DNA of 64,000 bases from an uncultured bacterium. GTDB taxonomy: Bacteria; Bacillota; Clostridia; Lachnospirales; Lachnospiraceae. Under the pieces are notes generated by a model. The model was not told the DNA's origin, searched no databases, and worked only from the letters and a program-made list of their open reading frames with translations. The stretch covers positions 2,270 through 66,269 of the forward strand of contig CANCXX010000014.1 in the NCBI GenBank assembly GCA_947381965.1, given 5' to 3'. Below are positions 1-9,457 of the stretch, piece after piece; the first letter of the stretch is position 1; each line of letters begins with the position of its first letter. The translations under genes were made by a program, and so were the position numbers.

Positions 1-1229
1 TTGCAATGGATAAAATATTGTCCCTCATCCAGTGTCACCAAAGGATATCCCAGCATGGACCGCAAAGCCAAATAATCGCTTTCCCGCATCATGGAATCAT
101 ACTTGTAATAATGGTAATAAGTAGTATGTTCTTCTATATAATCTGTAACCGTGTCCGTTTCAGCCATATAAACACAATACTGTCTGCTGTCTTTTATAGG
201 GATATTCTCTTCTATATAATCCAGAGTGTCCTTAAAAACTTTCCTGTTGGTATCATGTGTGCTGATCAATATATCAAAACAGCCATTATTCTTGGCCCGG
301 CCCGTAAAAATTCCCTGGAAAACCATTCCCGCCCCTTCCGAAATAATCGTCGCCACAAAAAGCATTGCAATTGTTGCCATAATAATGCCCATAGTGGCCA
401 GCTTTGCTGTAAGGGTACGGAACATGAGCAGATTCTGCCTCTGGTATTTCCAGGCAGGATGTTTATCAAAAAATGCCGGGACACCTGATGCAAAGCTTAA
501 AAAAAATCCATAAAGAAAAACAATAATGCACCCTGCCCCCACAATCCCTGTCAATAAATCCCCTGTCATAAGCAAAAAAGTCCCTACTATCCCCAGCGCA
601 ATAGAGGCCGTAAAGATCCACCGTCTCTTCCTGCCGTTCTTTATTGCCTCGCCTTCATTTAGCCTGTCATAATAAATCAGATCATATATGTTCATCCGAC
701 AGATACATTTCTGGCTCTTCCTTTGGGCGGACAGGTAGATAAATATAAAGTAAGCCAGCGTCAGCCCCGCAGCCCCCATGGAAAAAGAAATAGAAAAATG
801 ATAAGGAATGCCAAACATAGAAAGCACAATCGCCCGCAAAACCTGAAACAGCAGATTTCCCAAAATAACTCCCAGAAAGAAAGCACAGCCGCCTGCCACC
901 AGATTTTCCATAAAAAACATCCGTGCTATCTGTCTGCTCTCCACCCCAATCAGAACATAAGTGCCAAATTCCCGGCTCCGCCGTGTAAACATAAAGTTTA
1001 TGGTATATGAAACCAGCCAGCGCATAATAAGAATCACCACAATACTGATCAGAACAATCATAACCTGAATCTGTGCCATATTCCTGGATAAGTTCTGTAC
1101 CTCCTTTGAAAAAATCAGACCATTAAAAGCATAAATCAGGGCCGCTGCAATAACAATAGATACAAAATAAACCAGATAATCCCCTGCCTGTCGTTTTGCA
1201 TTGCGCAAAGATAATTTAGATAACGTCAC
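1..1229 (-). CDS. BceB-like (FtsX family) ABC transporter permease, truncated by the window edge
   Basis: Hand-translated from GTG at 1229: MTLSKLSLRNAKRQAGDYLVYFVSIVIAAALIYAFNGL..., a typical BceB-family N-terminus. Overlaps the end of the upstream ATPase gene. Confidence 0.85.
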   Translation of the reverse strand, partial: MTLSKLSLRNAKRQAGDYLVYFVSIVIAAALIYAFNGLIFSKEVQNLSRNMAQIQVMIVLISIVVILIMRWLVSYTINFMFTRRSREFGTYVLIGVESRQIARMFFMENLVAGGCAFFLGVILGNLLFQVLRAIVLSMFGIPYHFSISFSMGAAGLTLAYFIFIYLSAQRKSQKCICRMNIYDLIYYDRLNEGEAIKNGRKRRWIFTASIALGIVGTFLLMTGDLLTGIVGAGCIIVFLYGFFLSFASGVPAFFDKHPAWKYQRQNLLMFRTLTAKLATMGIIMATIAMLFVATIISEGAGMVFQGIFTGRAKNNGCFDILISTHDTNRKVFKDTLDYIEENIPIKDSRQYCVYMAETDTVTDYIEEHTTYYHYYKYDSMMRESDYLALRSMLGYPLVTLDEGQYFIHC

Positions 1230-1974
1230 TGACATCACCCCCTAACAGAGCAAGCACATCTAAAATTTCATGATAGAAGACAGAGCGCGTCCGATCCCCC
1301 CGGAGCAGTTCATTAAAAATACGCCCGTCTTTTAAAAACAAAACCCTTCCCCCATAGCTTGCACTGTAAGCGTCATGAGTTACCATCAGAATGGTTGCCC
1401 CCATCTTCCGGTTCATTCCGGTCATAATCTCCAGAAGGTTTTTGGACGCTGCAGAATCCAGCGCTCCGGTAGGCTCATCGGCCAGAAGCAGCGACTGGCC
1501 CGCCACCATAGCACGTGCGCAGGCAGCCCTTTGTTTCTGACCGCCGGAAACCTGATAAGGGAATTTTTCTAAAATATCACTGATCCCAAGCTTTCGGGCC
1601 ACTGCCTCCACCTTTCCCTTTACCTCTCTTGGATTTTCATGATTAAGGGACAGCGCCAGTCCTATATTCTCCTCAATGGTCAGTGTGTCCAGCAGATTAA
1701 AATCCTGGAACACAAATCCCAGCCGCTCCCGCCGGAACTGTGCCAGCTTTTCGGAAGGCAGCTTAGCAATATTTTCACCTTCCAGCAGGATATCCCCTGC
1801 ACTTACCGTATCAATCGTGGAAATACAGTTGAGCAGCGTGGTCTTGCCACTGCCGGAAGCCCCCATTATGGCAATAAACTCCCCACTGTCCACATTAAAA
1901 CTTACTCTGTCCAGCGCTTTGGTAACATTACTCTTGTTTCCATAATACTTTTCAACATTTTTCACTTGCAACAT
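1216..1974 (-). CDS. BceA-like ABC transporter ATP-binding protein
   Basis: Walker A GASGSGKT, signature VSGGQKQR, Walker B LLLADEPT, H-loop VTHD. Probable start MLQVK at 1974. Confidence 0.95.
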   Translation of the reverse strand: MLQVKNVEKYYGNKSNVTKALDRVSFNVDSGEFIAIMGASGSGKTTLLNCISTIDTVSAGDILLEGENIAKLPSEKLAQFRRERLGFVFQDFNLLDTLTIEENIGLALSLNHENPREVKGKVEAVARKLGISDILEKFPYQVSGGQKQRAACARAMVAGQSLLLADEPTGALDSAASKNLLEIMTGMNRKMGATILMVTHDAYSASYGGRVLFLKDGRIFNELLRGDRTRSVFYHEILDVLALLGGDVSDVI

Positions 1975-2074
1975 AATAACACCTTCTTCCAGTTTCACGC
2001 ATCTAATATTCTTTTTTATGGTGTTATCATATACCTGTTTCTAATCATTTTGTATCGGGTTTCTATTGATTTTC

Positions 2075-2090
2075 CTTACAAATTTGTAAG
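2075..2090. promoter_or_regulatory. BceR/GraR-type operator upstream of the ABC transporter genes
   Basis: Perfect palindrome CTTACAAATTTGTAAG (TTACA-N4-TGTAA) at the 3' end of the kinase gene, just upstream of the ATPase. Confidence 0.7.
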
Positions 2091-3092
2091 ATTTCCCTTT
2101 GCCGGAAAGGTAAGGGTAACCCTTGTCCCCCTGCCTTCTTCTGAGGCAATCTGCAGATCAATTTCCAGACGCTTTGCAAGCCTGTGGCACAGATACAGCC
2201 CCATGCCTGTGGAACCGCCCCTGTTTCGTCCATTGCTTCCGGTAAATCCCTTGGCAAATACCCTTGGCAGTTCATGTGCAGGAATGCCTATGCCATTGTC
2301 ACTTACTGTCAGCTGTACCCGTTTTCCTTTTTCTTTTGCTGAAATTGCCACCACTGGATTTTGGTTCTCACTTACATAACGGGCCGCATTTTGTAATAAC
2401 TGGCCCAATATGAAATCCGCCCACTTTTTATCTGTATAAACGGTTTTCTCTAAATCTTTTGTTTCCACCTGGATGCCCTTTTGAATCAGCAAAGTTTTAT
2501 GGCGTCCAATGGCTCCTGCTGTAATTTCCCAAAGGTCAGCCTGCTGAATCAGAAAATCCCTCTCCGGGCTTTCTGCCCTGGCATAAAATAAGACTCTCTC
2601 CACATGATCCTCAATCTGCGCAAGCTCCGGGGAAAGCTTCTGCCGTGTTCTATAATCAGCGTTCTGGCAAATCAGCCCTGCCGCCGTAATAGGCGCCTTA
2701 ATCTCATGCACCCAGCTTTCCACATACTCCTTATACTCCTTCTGGGCGGCCTGGGCATCAGAAACAGCGCTGGTCATGGCCTGTCCCGCCCTGCGGTAAA
2801 AATCCAATAGCTTGCGCTCATAGCTGGTTTGGGCCTTTGGTACGCATTCGGCAAATAAATACTTCCTGTCCAGCCTGTCAAAAATTCCCTCCAGTTCCTC
2901 CAGCCTTGCGCGGCTCCTGATAAAGTCCCATATCTGCACCGCTCCAAAAAGCAGGAATATTATAATGGAGAGAAGCGCCACCACACCAGGCAAAGTCCCT
3001 GTAAGCAACAGAAAAAACGCGGCCCCGGCTGCCGCCGTCCCCTGCAAAAGCAGCCTTTCTGTCCGATCTGATAAAAATTCCCCCAATGTCAT
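2076..3092 (-). CDS. BceS/GraS-like intramembrane-sensing histidine kinase
   Basis: Two close N-terminal TM helices, H-box WVHEIKAP, N-box QLLQNA, DNGIGI and GMGLY G-boxes. Confidence 0.95.
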   Translation of the reverse strand: MTLGEFLSDRTERLLLQGTAAAGAAFFLLLTGTLPGVVALLSIIIFLLFGAVQIWDFIRSRARLEELEGIFDRLDRKYLFAECVPKAQTSYERKLLDFYRRAGQAMTSAVSDAQAAQKEYKEYVESWVHEIKAPITAAGLICQNADYRTRQKLSPELAQIEDHVERVLFYARAESPERDFLIQQADLWEITAGAIGRHKTLLIQKGIQVETKDLEKTVYTDKKWADFILGQLLQNAARYVSENQNPVVAISAKEKGKRVQLTVSDNGIGIPAHELPRVFAKGFTGSNGRNRGGSTGMGLYLCHRLAKRLEIDLQIASEEGRGTRVTLTFPAKGNLTNL

Positions 3093-3754
3093 AGCTGATA
3101 CCCCATTCCTCTTCGTGTAACAATTAGTTCAGGTTTCCCCAGCTCTTTTAACTTTCCCCTGAGTCTTGTTACATTAACACTAAGCGTATTGTCATCTATA
3201 TAAATCTGACTGTCCCACAGCATTTCGATCAAATCATTCCGTGAAACAATATCTTCCGGACGCTTCATAAGACAGGATAAAATCTGTAATTCGTTCCGTG
3301 TCAGCGTTTCCGTTTTTGTCCCCGCAGTCACTATTCCCTTTGCCAAATCCAGCCGCAGCCCCTTTGCCTCCATTACATCCTCATTTAAAGCCTTCCCTCT
3401 TCTGCGAAGGACGGCCTTGATCCGTGCGAGAAGCACCGGGACACGGTATGGCTTTGTAATATAATCGTCGCCTCCCAAACTGAACGCTTTCACCTCGTCC
3501 ATGCCGGAATCTTTGCTGGTGACAAAAATAACCGGCACATCTAATTCCTTCCGCAGGCTGGCACACAATGAAAATCCATCCTTTCCTGGCAGAATAATAT
3601 CCAGCAGAATCAGATGCGGGCCGCTTTGTACCGCCTGCTGCACTATATCCGTAAAATCTGTAACCGGCAAAGGATGATAGCCCTCGTTTTTCAATAAAAA
3701 CGTTAACTCTTCCCGGATCGCCTTGTCATCCTCTATAATCATAATCCGCTGCAT
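3089..3754 (-). CDS. BceR/GraR-like OmpR-family response regulator
   Basis: IIEDD, LLDIILP, GGDDYITKP and a winged-helix end TRRGMGY. Confidence 0.95.
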   Translation of the reverse strand: MQRIMIIEDDKAIREELTFLLKNEGYHPLPVTDFTDIVQQAVQSGPHLILLDIILPGKDGFSLCASLRKELDVPVIFVTSKDSGMDEVKAFSLGGDDYITKPYRVPVLLARIKAVLRRRGKALNEDVMEAKGLRLDLAKGIVTAGTKTETLTRNELQILSCLMKRPEDIVSRNDLIEMLWDSQIYIDDNTLSVNVTRLRGKLKELGKPELIVTRRGMGYQL

Positions 3755-3782
3755 TTTCCTGCCTTTCTCCTTCCTCCCGTTA

Positions 3783-5165
3783 TCAAAAAGGGGCTTCAAG
3801 CTTCCTGGTCAAATCCTGTACCCACTTATACTTCTTAAACCGCAGCATTACCCAGGGGATTTTCCCCACCTCATCCAGACAGGTACAGGCATAAACCGCA
3901 AGGGGGGACCAGTGCAGGACAAACGCCCCCACAAGCGCTAAGGGAATGGCTATAAGCCACATACAGACAACCAGGCTGTACATGTCAAATAAGGTATCTC
4001 CCCCTCCGTCCAGCACTCCATTTATTGTAACGGTATTTACACAGCGTCCAATCATGTAGATGGACATAATCACCATCATTCCTGTAAGATATTTGTGCGC
4101 CTGATCCGTTAAAATTACTATCTTTACAATAAGGGGCGTCACTGCAAGCACAACCCCAGTAGATATAAACCCAATGGCAAAAGAAATATTTTTAAGCTTT
4201 ATTCCATATGCTTTTCCTCTGTCAAGACGGCCTGCCCCAAGCTCGTTCCCTACCATAATCCCCGCCGCACTGCCGATACCGTTACACATACAGCATATCA
4301 GGTCCCGCACAACCGCTGCCACAGAATTGGCTGCCGCCGCGTCAGTCCCCATATGTCCCATGATTGCGGTGTATGAAGTAAATCCCACTCCCCAGCACAA
4401 AGAACCGCCCATAAGAGGCAGGCACTGTTTTGAAAAGTCGGATTTCAGCTGCCCTGGCAGTTTTGTAAATCTGCTCCATGCCGGACGGATATATGACGCC
4501 TTTTTGGATGCGGCAATACAAAGCGCCAGCTCAATCATACGTGAAATTGTAGTGGCAAGCGCCGCTCCCTCTGCCTGCATTTGGGGCGCTCCCAGCAATC
4601 CAAATATAAATACCGCATTTAAGCAGATGTTCAAAACTACTGCGCAGGAACTGACAAGCGCCCCTATTTTTACATGGTCCGACACTTTCATCATAGTCAG
4701 ATAACACTGGGAGATTCCGGTAAGCAGGTAGGACCAGCCTGCAATGCGCAGATAAGAACTGCCTATGGAAATCAGCTGCCCATCATGCGTAAAAACCTGC
4801 ATAAGAAGCCCCGGCATCAGCTGACAGGCCAGAAAAAACAAGAGAGAGACACCTCCGCAGAATTGAAGTATCATATTAAAAATATCTTCCAGCGTGTGTC
4901 TGTCGCCTTTTCCCCAATACTGGGCTCCAAGGATGGCTCCTGCCGCTGTGATGGCCCCCAGAAACATATTCTGGACAAACTGGATCTGAGTTGCCAGGGA
5001 AACAGCAGTCATTTCATCCTGCGCAACCTTCCCAAGCATCAGTGCGTCACCTGCAGCTACCGACGCAAGCATCAGACTTTGAAGTGCAATCGGAAGTGCA
5101 AGCCTTGCCAGATTTTTGTAAAATTCCTGTTTATTAACAAGCATTTCCTGTTTCTTCCCGTTCAT
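3783..5165 (-). CDS. MATE family efflux transporter
   Basis: LARLALPIALQ start, about 12 TM segments, GAALATTISR motif. GGAGG RBS before the ATG at 5165. Confidence 0.92.
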   Translation of the reverse strand: MNGKKQEMLVNKQEFYKNLARLALPIALQSLMLASVAAGDALMLGKVAQDEMTAVSLATQIQFVQNMFLGAITAAGAILGAQYWGKGDRHTLEDIFNMILQFCGGVSLLFFLACQLMPGLLMQVFTHDGQLISIGSSYLRIAGWSYLLTGISQCYLTMMKVSDHVKIGALVSSCAVVLNICLNAVFIFGLLGAPQMQAEGAALATTISRMIELALCIAASKKASYIRPAWSRFTKLPGQLKSDFSKQCLPLMGGSLCWGVGFTSYTAIMGHMGTDAAAANSVAAVVRDLICCMCNGIGSAAGIMVGNELGAGRLDRGKAYGIKLKNISFAIGFISTGVVLAVTPLIVKIVILTDQAHKYLTGMMVIMSIYMIGRCVNTVTINGVLDGGGDTLFDMYSLVVCMWLIAIPLALVGAFVLHWSPLAVYACTCLDEVGKIPWVMLRFKKYKWVQDLTRKLEAPF

Positions 5166-5273
5166 GTAAAAATCCTCCCTCTCTGCCGGATACCAAATGT
5201 CTTTTTTAAACATATCTTTCTTATTATAAGTGCAAACTTATATTATAGCAATCAGCAGAAAACAGAAAGAACT

Positions 5274-5308
5274 AAAAAAGTAACCGCTGCTCTAACGGCT
5301 ACTTTTTT
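5274..5308 (-). terminator. Intrinsic terminator closing the T6SS-like operon
   Basis: Minus strand reads AAAAAAGTAGCCGTT-AGAGC-AGCGGTTACTTTTTT, a hairpin with a U tract about 120 bp after the last gene. Confidence 0.7.
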
Positions 5309-5428
5309 ATCCGCAAATAACTTTTTTCCGCCTGATGTTCTGCCACATTCATGCCATAGGATTTTCCAAGATGAACAAGTTTACTATAACTCATATTCCT
5401 TGGGGCTCATCTCTTTGGGCAGCCCTCT

Positions 5429-6175
5429 TTAAGATATAATCATTTTTCTTTCCTGTTTCCTTTCAGGTTTTGCAGCAGGGACTTTTTCCATAAGGCTTTC
5501 CAGTTTTATAATCCGGTCCTTCATCAGAGAAATAATTTTATCATTTTCCGTATCTTCTGTCTTGAAGTAAGCCTTTACCATATCAATACTGTGAATTCCG
5601 TTCAGGCACTGATAGGCAAACGCAATATCTTCCATGCCGGAATTTCCACTCCTTAACAGATACTGCGCAAACAGTCTGTAATAACTGCCGCAAAGTGTGC
5701 TTCCACCCAAAACGCTCTTTAAAACCTTCCGTCGGTCCACCCGGTTTGCAGTATCAATAAATATTTCTTTAATATCCCCATAATCCTTCATTACCGCATT
5801 TCTGACATATCTGAACAGTTCAAACAAAGATAAATCCTCTTCCTTTTTTTGAATGATTTTCGTATCATATACTGTTCCGTCCGCTTCCTGCCGGCTGACA
5901 ATCTCCAAATACACATAGTTTGTTTCACGCTCCGCCTTTATAAGCGTTTTTTGTGTTATGAAATATATTTTTCCCTTTGTTTTAACAATCCCCTCACTGA
6001 TGCAGAAATGATTCTCATCCGGAATGGAAATCTCCAGTCCTTCGATAATCCCATCTCCCATTCCGGAAAAAACAGCGCTTACAAAGTCATAAGGATAGTC
6101 CCGCAGCGCCTCAAGCATATGCTGTTTCAGAATCAGCCCTTTTTCAAAAATCGGTCTAAAACCCAAAATGAACAC
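5429..6175 (-). CDS. Putative TssK-like baseplate-associated protein
   Basis: N-terminal RPIFEKGLILKQHMLEALRDY resembles the TssK-type W/FxxGxxLxxxH/L motif, followed by DGIIEGLEI and ISEGIV. Last gene of the operon. Function is inferred. Confidence 0.5.
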   Translation of the reverse strand: MFILGFRPIFEKGLILKQHMLEALRDYPYDFVSAVFSGMGDGIIEGLEISIPDENHFCISEGIVKTKGKIYFITQKTLIKAERETNYVYLEIVSRQEADGTVYDTKIIQKKEEDLSLFELFRYVRNAVMKDYGDIKEIFIDTANRVDRRKVLKSVLGGSTLCGSYYRLFAQYLLRSGNSGMEDIAFAYQCLNGIHSIDMVKAYFKTEDTENDKIISLMKDRIIKLESLMEKVPAAKPERKQERKMIIS

Positions 6176-8776
6176 CTACCTTTTGCCGTCAAAAAATGTT
6201 TCCTGTAAAATATCCATTTCAAAGGAGCAGAATTCGGTATTTCCTTTAAAAAGTTTTCCCTTTCCATCCCTGTATACGGGAAGAATATCAAATCCCCACT
6301 TTTCCTTATTAAGAAATACAAATATATATTTCCTTCCGGCCGCTAAATCATCAATGTCTTTCTGCTTAATCCTCTTTCCTGAAATTCTTTGCAGTTCTTC
6401 AAACTCTGTTTCCCTGTACTGCATGTTTTCATAAACATACTTATAAGGCTGTCTGATTTCTTTATCCGTATTTTTCATATACAGATAGACTTCTTTTCCG
6501 GCAGCGGTTATCCTTCTTCTGACTGCAGGCTGGTTCCAGTCAGACCCCTGCCTGAACATTTCCTTATCCTCATCATTTTCATTCCTGATATAAACAGTGA
6601 TAGGGATGTTTCTTGTCTCGTTCTTAAAGACAACTTCTATATTGGATTTTTCAAGAGCGTGTAAATACATTACCGCCCCTCTTAAGCAGAGCAGTTTTAA
6701 CTCTTCCGCATCATTTCCTTTGGAATCAATCCTTCCGCTCTTTATCTTTTTCCCAGGCAGGAATTCCTTCAGGGCATCCATAAAAATATTTATTTTTGAC
6801 GACTGTCCGGAAAGCTTTATCTGGCTGTAAGTGTCAAGTGTCTTATTCATATACAGCTCATTTAAGAATTTTCTCACCAGATAATAAATATCCGCCCTGA
6901 TGAGTTTATCTATTTCCTTTGCCGTAAAAGTGATATCCGGGTAAGTCTGTTCTTTTAATGAGCCATCCTTTTGAACCGTTGACAGTCTCCAGTTTTCTAT
7001 CCGGTTAATATGCAGATCAATATCTTTATTATTGCTTAAGTTCATATAAAACTTATAACGGGAAATAGAAGTGCTTCTGTAAAACTCTTTTTTCATTTCC
7101 TCCGCCAGCTTCCACAGGAAATAAAAGTTATTCTTAACCTTGTCATACATTTCCCTGGACTTATTTTCATATTCCTTATATCTGGTAGGGATCACCTCTT
7201 CCGCCTTCTGGTATTCCCGGCTGACTAAATGATATACTTCCTCATACCGCCTTTTAACATTGGCGTCATCATCATTTTCCATCTCTCCTTCAATATAGGA
7301 GAACAATCCGTTTACATCCTGTGTAATCAGGTTATCAATGTTAATTCTCTGGTTTTGCTCTATCTGGCACGCATACACAATCTTCATATACTGCATGATC
7401 CTGTAGGTTAGATTATTTCCTCCAAAATTAACGTCGCCATTCATGTATTCCGTTACAATGTCCAGATTGATAATACCGTCTTCATCCTTTTCAATACGGT
7501 ATCTGCAGGAAGCAAGGTCAGAGGTTCCGCCGCCGCAGTCAATAATCAGCGCTTTTTCTTCTTCTCCGTTTATATATTTTTTCCCTTTAATCTGGTTACT
7601 GATAATGCTGTATAATACTGCAATCCCTTCATCAATGGCATGTTCCTTTTCCAGTGTATAGCCCTGCTCCTTTAAAATATCCGCATACAAATCCAGAACC
7701 TTATCTTTCAGTTTTACCGGCGCTGAAATGTGCACATTTTTAAACCTGCATTTAAACTGGTTTTCAACTGTTCTGATTACATACATCAGATATTTTGCAA
7801 TCACTTCCCTGCGGCTGACCATCGCTTTATTCCCGGACGTATCCTGTATTTCTTCATTTACATCCATATTGGAGGTCCAGCGTTTAATTTCCATAAAACA
7901 GCTGGCCTTAGGACAGTAATTATCATCCTTTATTCTGCGGGAAGCCTCATAGCCATACAGGTATTTTATATTTTCAAGGTCTGAGCAGTCGTCAACGTAG
8001 ACAATGGTAGGCAGAATGCTTCTGTAAACCAGTGTATCGGCTTCGTCAGCGCTGTTCTCCCTGCCTCTGTCTGTAAATAAAGCAATATTTTCAGAATTCA
8101 GACAGATATTTTCATTGATGACAGCAATGTTTGATACCTTACTCACATAATGATCGTCCAGAAAACATCCGGCAGTCGTATTGGAGGTTCCAAAATCAAT
8201 GCAAAGATGGGTATTTGTGGTTTCTGTGTCAAAATAGGAAACTTCTATAGGCACTTCGTAGAATCTCATGGCGGTATCACAAAAAATAAAGGAGTACTTT
8301 GTGCTGTCATGTTCTATGAAATCCATATTACGGGCATCCGCTACCAGGAAGCATTCCACTTTTCCTTCAATTAAAACAGAGGAAATTCTAAAAACGCCCA
8401 CAATCCTGTTTTTACCATTTATGAGTAGAACCTTGGTGTGAAATGTATTTGAATGTACCCCTTTATAAGTCACCTTCAGCTGGTCCTTTTCTGTAATATC
8501 AAGTCCCGCAAACAGATCCATTTTGCTTGGGACAGAGATTTTGTCATTAGAGAGCAGTTTAACCGAATACAAAAACATCTTATCCTCTTTACTTTTCACA
8601 TGCCCGTCTAAATATTCCACTGTTCCAATCCAGTCTGCCCATTTATTTTCCATGGTTTTACTTTCTCCTTTTTCCCCATTGTCTCCCTTTGGGGTATCAT
8701 TTAATTTGGTTTTACTTTCTGCACTGGCCTTAACTGGTATTTCCCTGCCTTTTAAAAGAACTTTAACTCTTGCCAT
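6176..8776 (-). CDS. Divergent Hsp70/actin-fold ATPase (not DnaK)
   Basis: Motifs CIDFGTSNT, DEGIAVL, IIDCGGGTSD, FGGNNLT, LAEEMKKE and LSGQSSKI. About 190-aa N-terminal extension and no recognisable DnaK substrate-binding domain. Confidence 0.85.
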   Translation of the reverse strand: MARVKVLLKGREIPVKASAESKTKLNDTPKGDNGEKGESKTMENKWADWIGTVEYLDGHVKSKEDKMFLYSVKLLSNDKISVPSKMDLFAGLDITEKDQLKVTYKGVHSNTFHTKVLLINGKNRIVGVFRISSVLIEGKVECFLVADARNMDFIEHDSTKYSFIFCDTAMRFYEVPIEVSYFDTETTNTHLCIDFGTSNTTAGCFLDDHYVSKVSNIAVINENICLNSENIALFTDRGRENSADEADTLVYRSILPTIVYVDDCSDLENIKYLYGYEASRRIKDDNYCPKASCFMEIKRWTSNMDVNEEIQDTSGNKAMVSRREVIAKYLMYVIRTVENQFKCRFKNVHISAPVKLKDKVLDLYADILKEQGYTLEKEHAIDEGIAVLYSIISNQIKGKKYINGEEEKALIIDCGGGTSDLASCRYRIEKDEDGIINLDIVTEYMNGDVNFGGNNLTYRIMQYMKIVYACQIEQNQRINIDNLITQDVNGLFSYIEGEMENDDDANVKRRYEEVYHLVSREYQKAEEVIPTRYKEYENKSREMYDKVKNNFYFLWKLAEEMKKEFYRSTSISRYKFYMNLSNNKDIDLHINRIENWRLSTVQKDGSLKEQTYPDITFTAKEIDKLIRADIYYLVRKFLNELYMNKTLDTYSQIKLSGQSSKINIFMDALKEFLPGKKIKSGRIDSKGNDAEELKLLCLRGAVMYLHALEKSNIEVVFKNETRNIPITVYIRNENDEDKEMFRQGSDWNQPAVRRRITAAGKEVYLYMKNTDKEIRQPYKYVYENMQYRETEFEELQRISGKRIKQKDIDDLAAGRKYIFVFLNKEKWGFDILPVYRDGKGKLFKGNTEFCSFEMDILQETFFDGKR

Positions 8777-8809
8777 CTCTTTTGTCTCTCCCGTTATAAT
8801 CTTTGCATT

Positions 8810-9457
8810 CTAAAATCCCGCTATCTGTATGCCGGAAATCTTCATGGTATCGTCACTTCCTATAATGCCGTAGTGATATTTCCAGACAATCTGCAGCTTA
8901 CATTGTATGTTCCAAAATAAAAAAGTCACAATATCCATCAAAAGCTTATTATAATCCGTCTCCTGTTCACAGATATAGCAGTAATATCTGTCTGTGCTTT
9001 TTTCATAAATCATTGACGTTTCCACAAAAAGCTTTTGCACCGCCTGCCAAAAATAATGATCCGGCGTTTCAGATTCAAGCTTTTCAAGCAGAACATAGAG
9101 TATAACATTCCGGTCTTTTACTTTCAGTCTGTCCCAGTCCTTTCCCACATATGTTCCAAAGGCTCCCTGTTTGATCTCTTCTTCCAGATGATCTGCTTTT
9201 ATTTGCTTTATGTCAATGCCTTTTAGCAAATCCAGAAGCGCCAGATAATGAAAAAGCACATTATCAAATTCTCCGGATTCAAAGTTTTCGCTGATAAGCT
9301 GTCTTGGTTCCCTGTTACCGAAAATTTCCGCAAACCTGATTAAGGGGTTCACCTGACAGGCCGTTTCACTTTCAGTTAAAATTTCCATATAAGGAGATAT
9401 TTCCCTGCCAAGACAGTATTTTTTTGTGGATAAATAATTTTCCCATATGTATGCCAT
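8810..9457 (-). CDS. Putative TssG-like baseplate wedge protein
   Basis: About 215 aa, start MAYIWE overlapping the upstream stop (TAATG). Assigned only from size and position after the TssF-like gene. Confidence 0.35.
   Translation of the reverse strand: MAYIWENYLSTKKYCLGREISPYMEILTESETACQVNPLIRFAEIFGNREPRQLISENFESGEFDNVLFHYLALLDLLKGIDIKQIKADHLEEEIKQGAFGTYVGKDWDRLKVKDRNVILYVLLEKLESETPDHYFWQAVQKLFVETSMIYEKSTDRYYCYICEQETDYNKLLMDIVTFLFWNIQCKLQIVWKYHYGIIGSDDTMKISGIQIAGF

Noticed and set aside
6176-8776. Housekeeping dnaK
   Set aside because: Long N-terminal extension, divergent motifs, no substrate-binding domain and no hrcA/grpE/dnaJ context.
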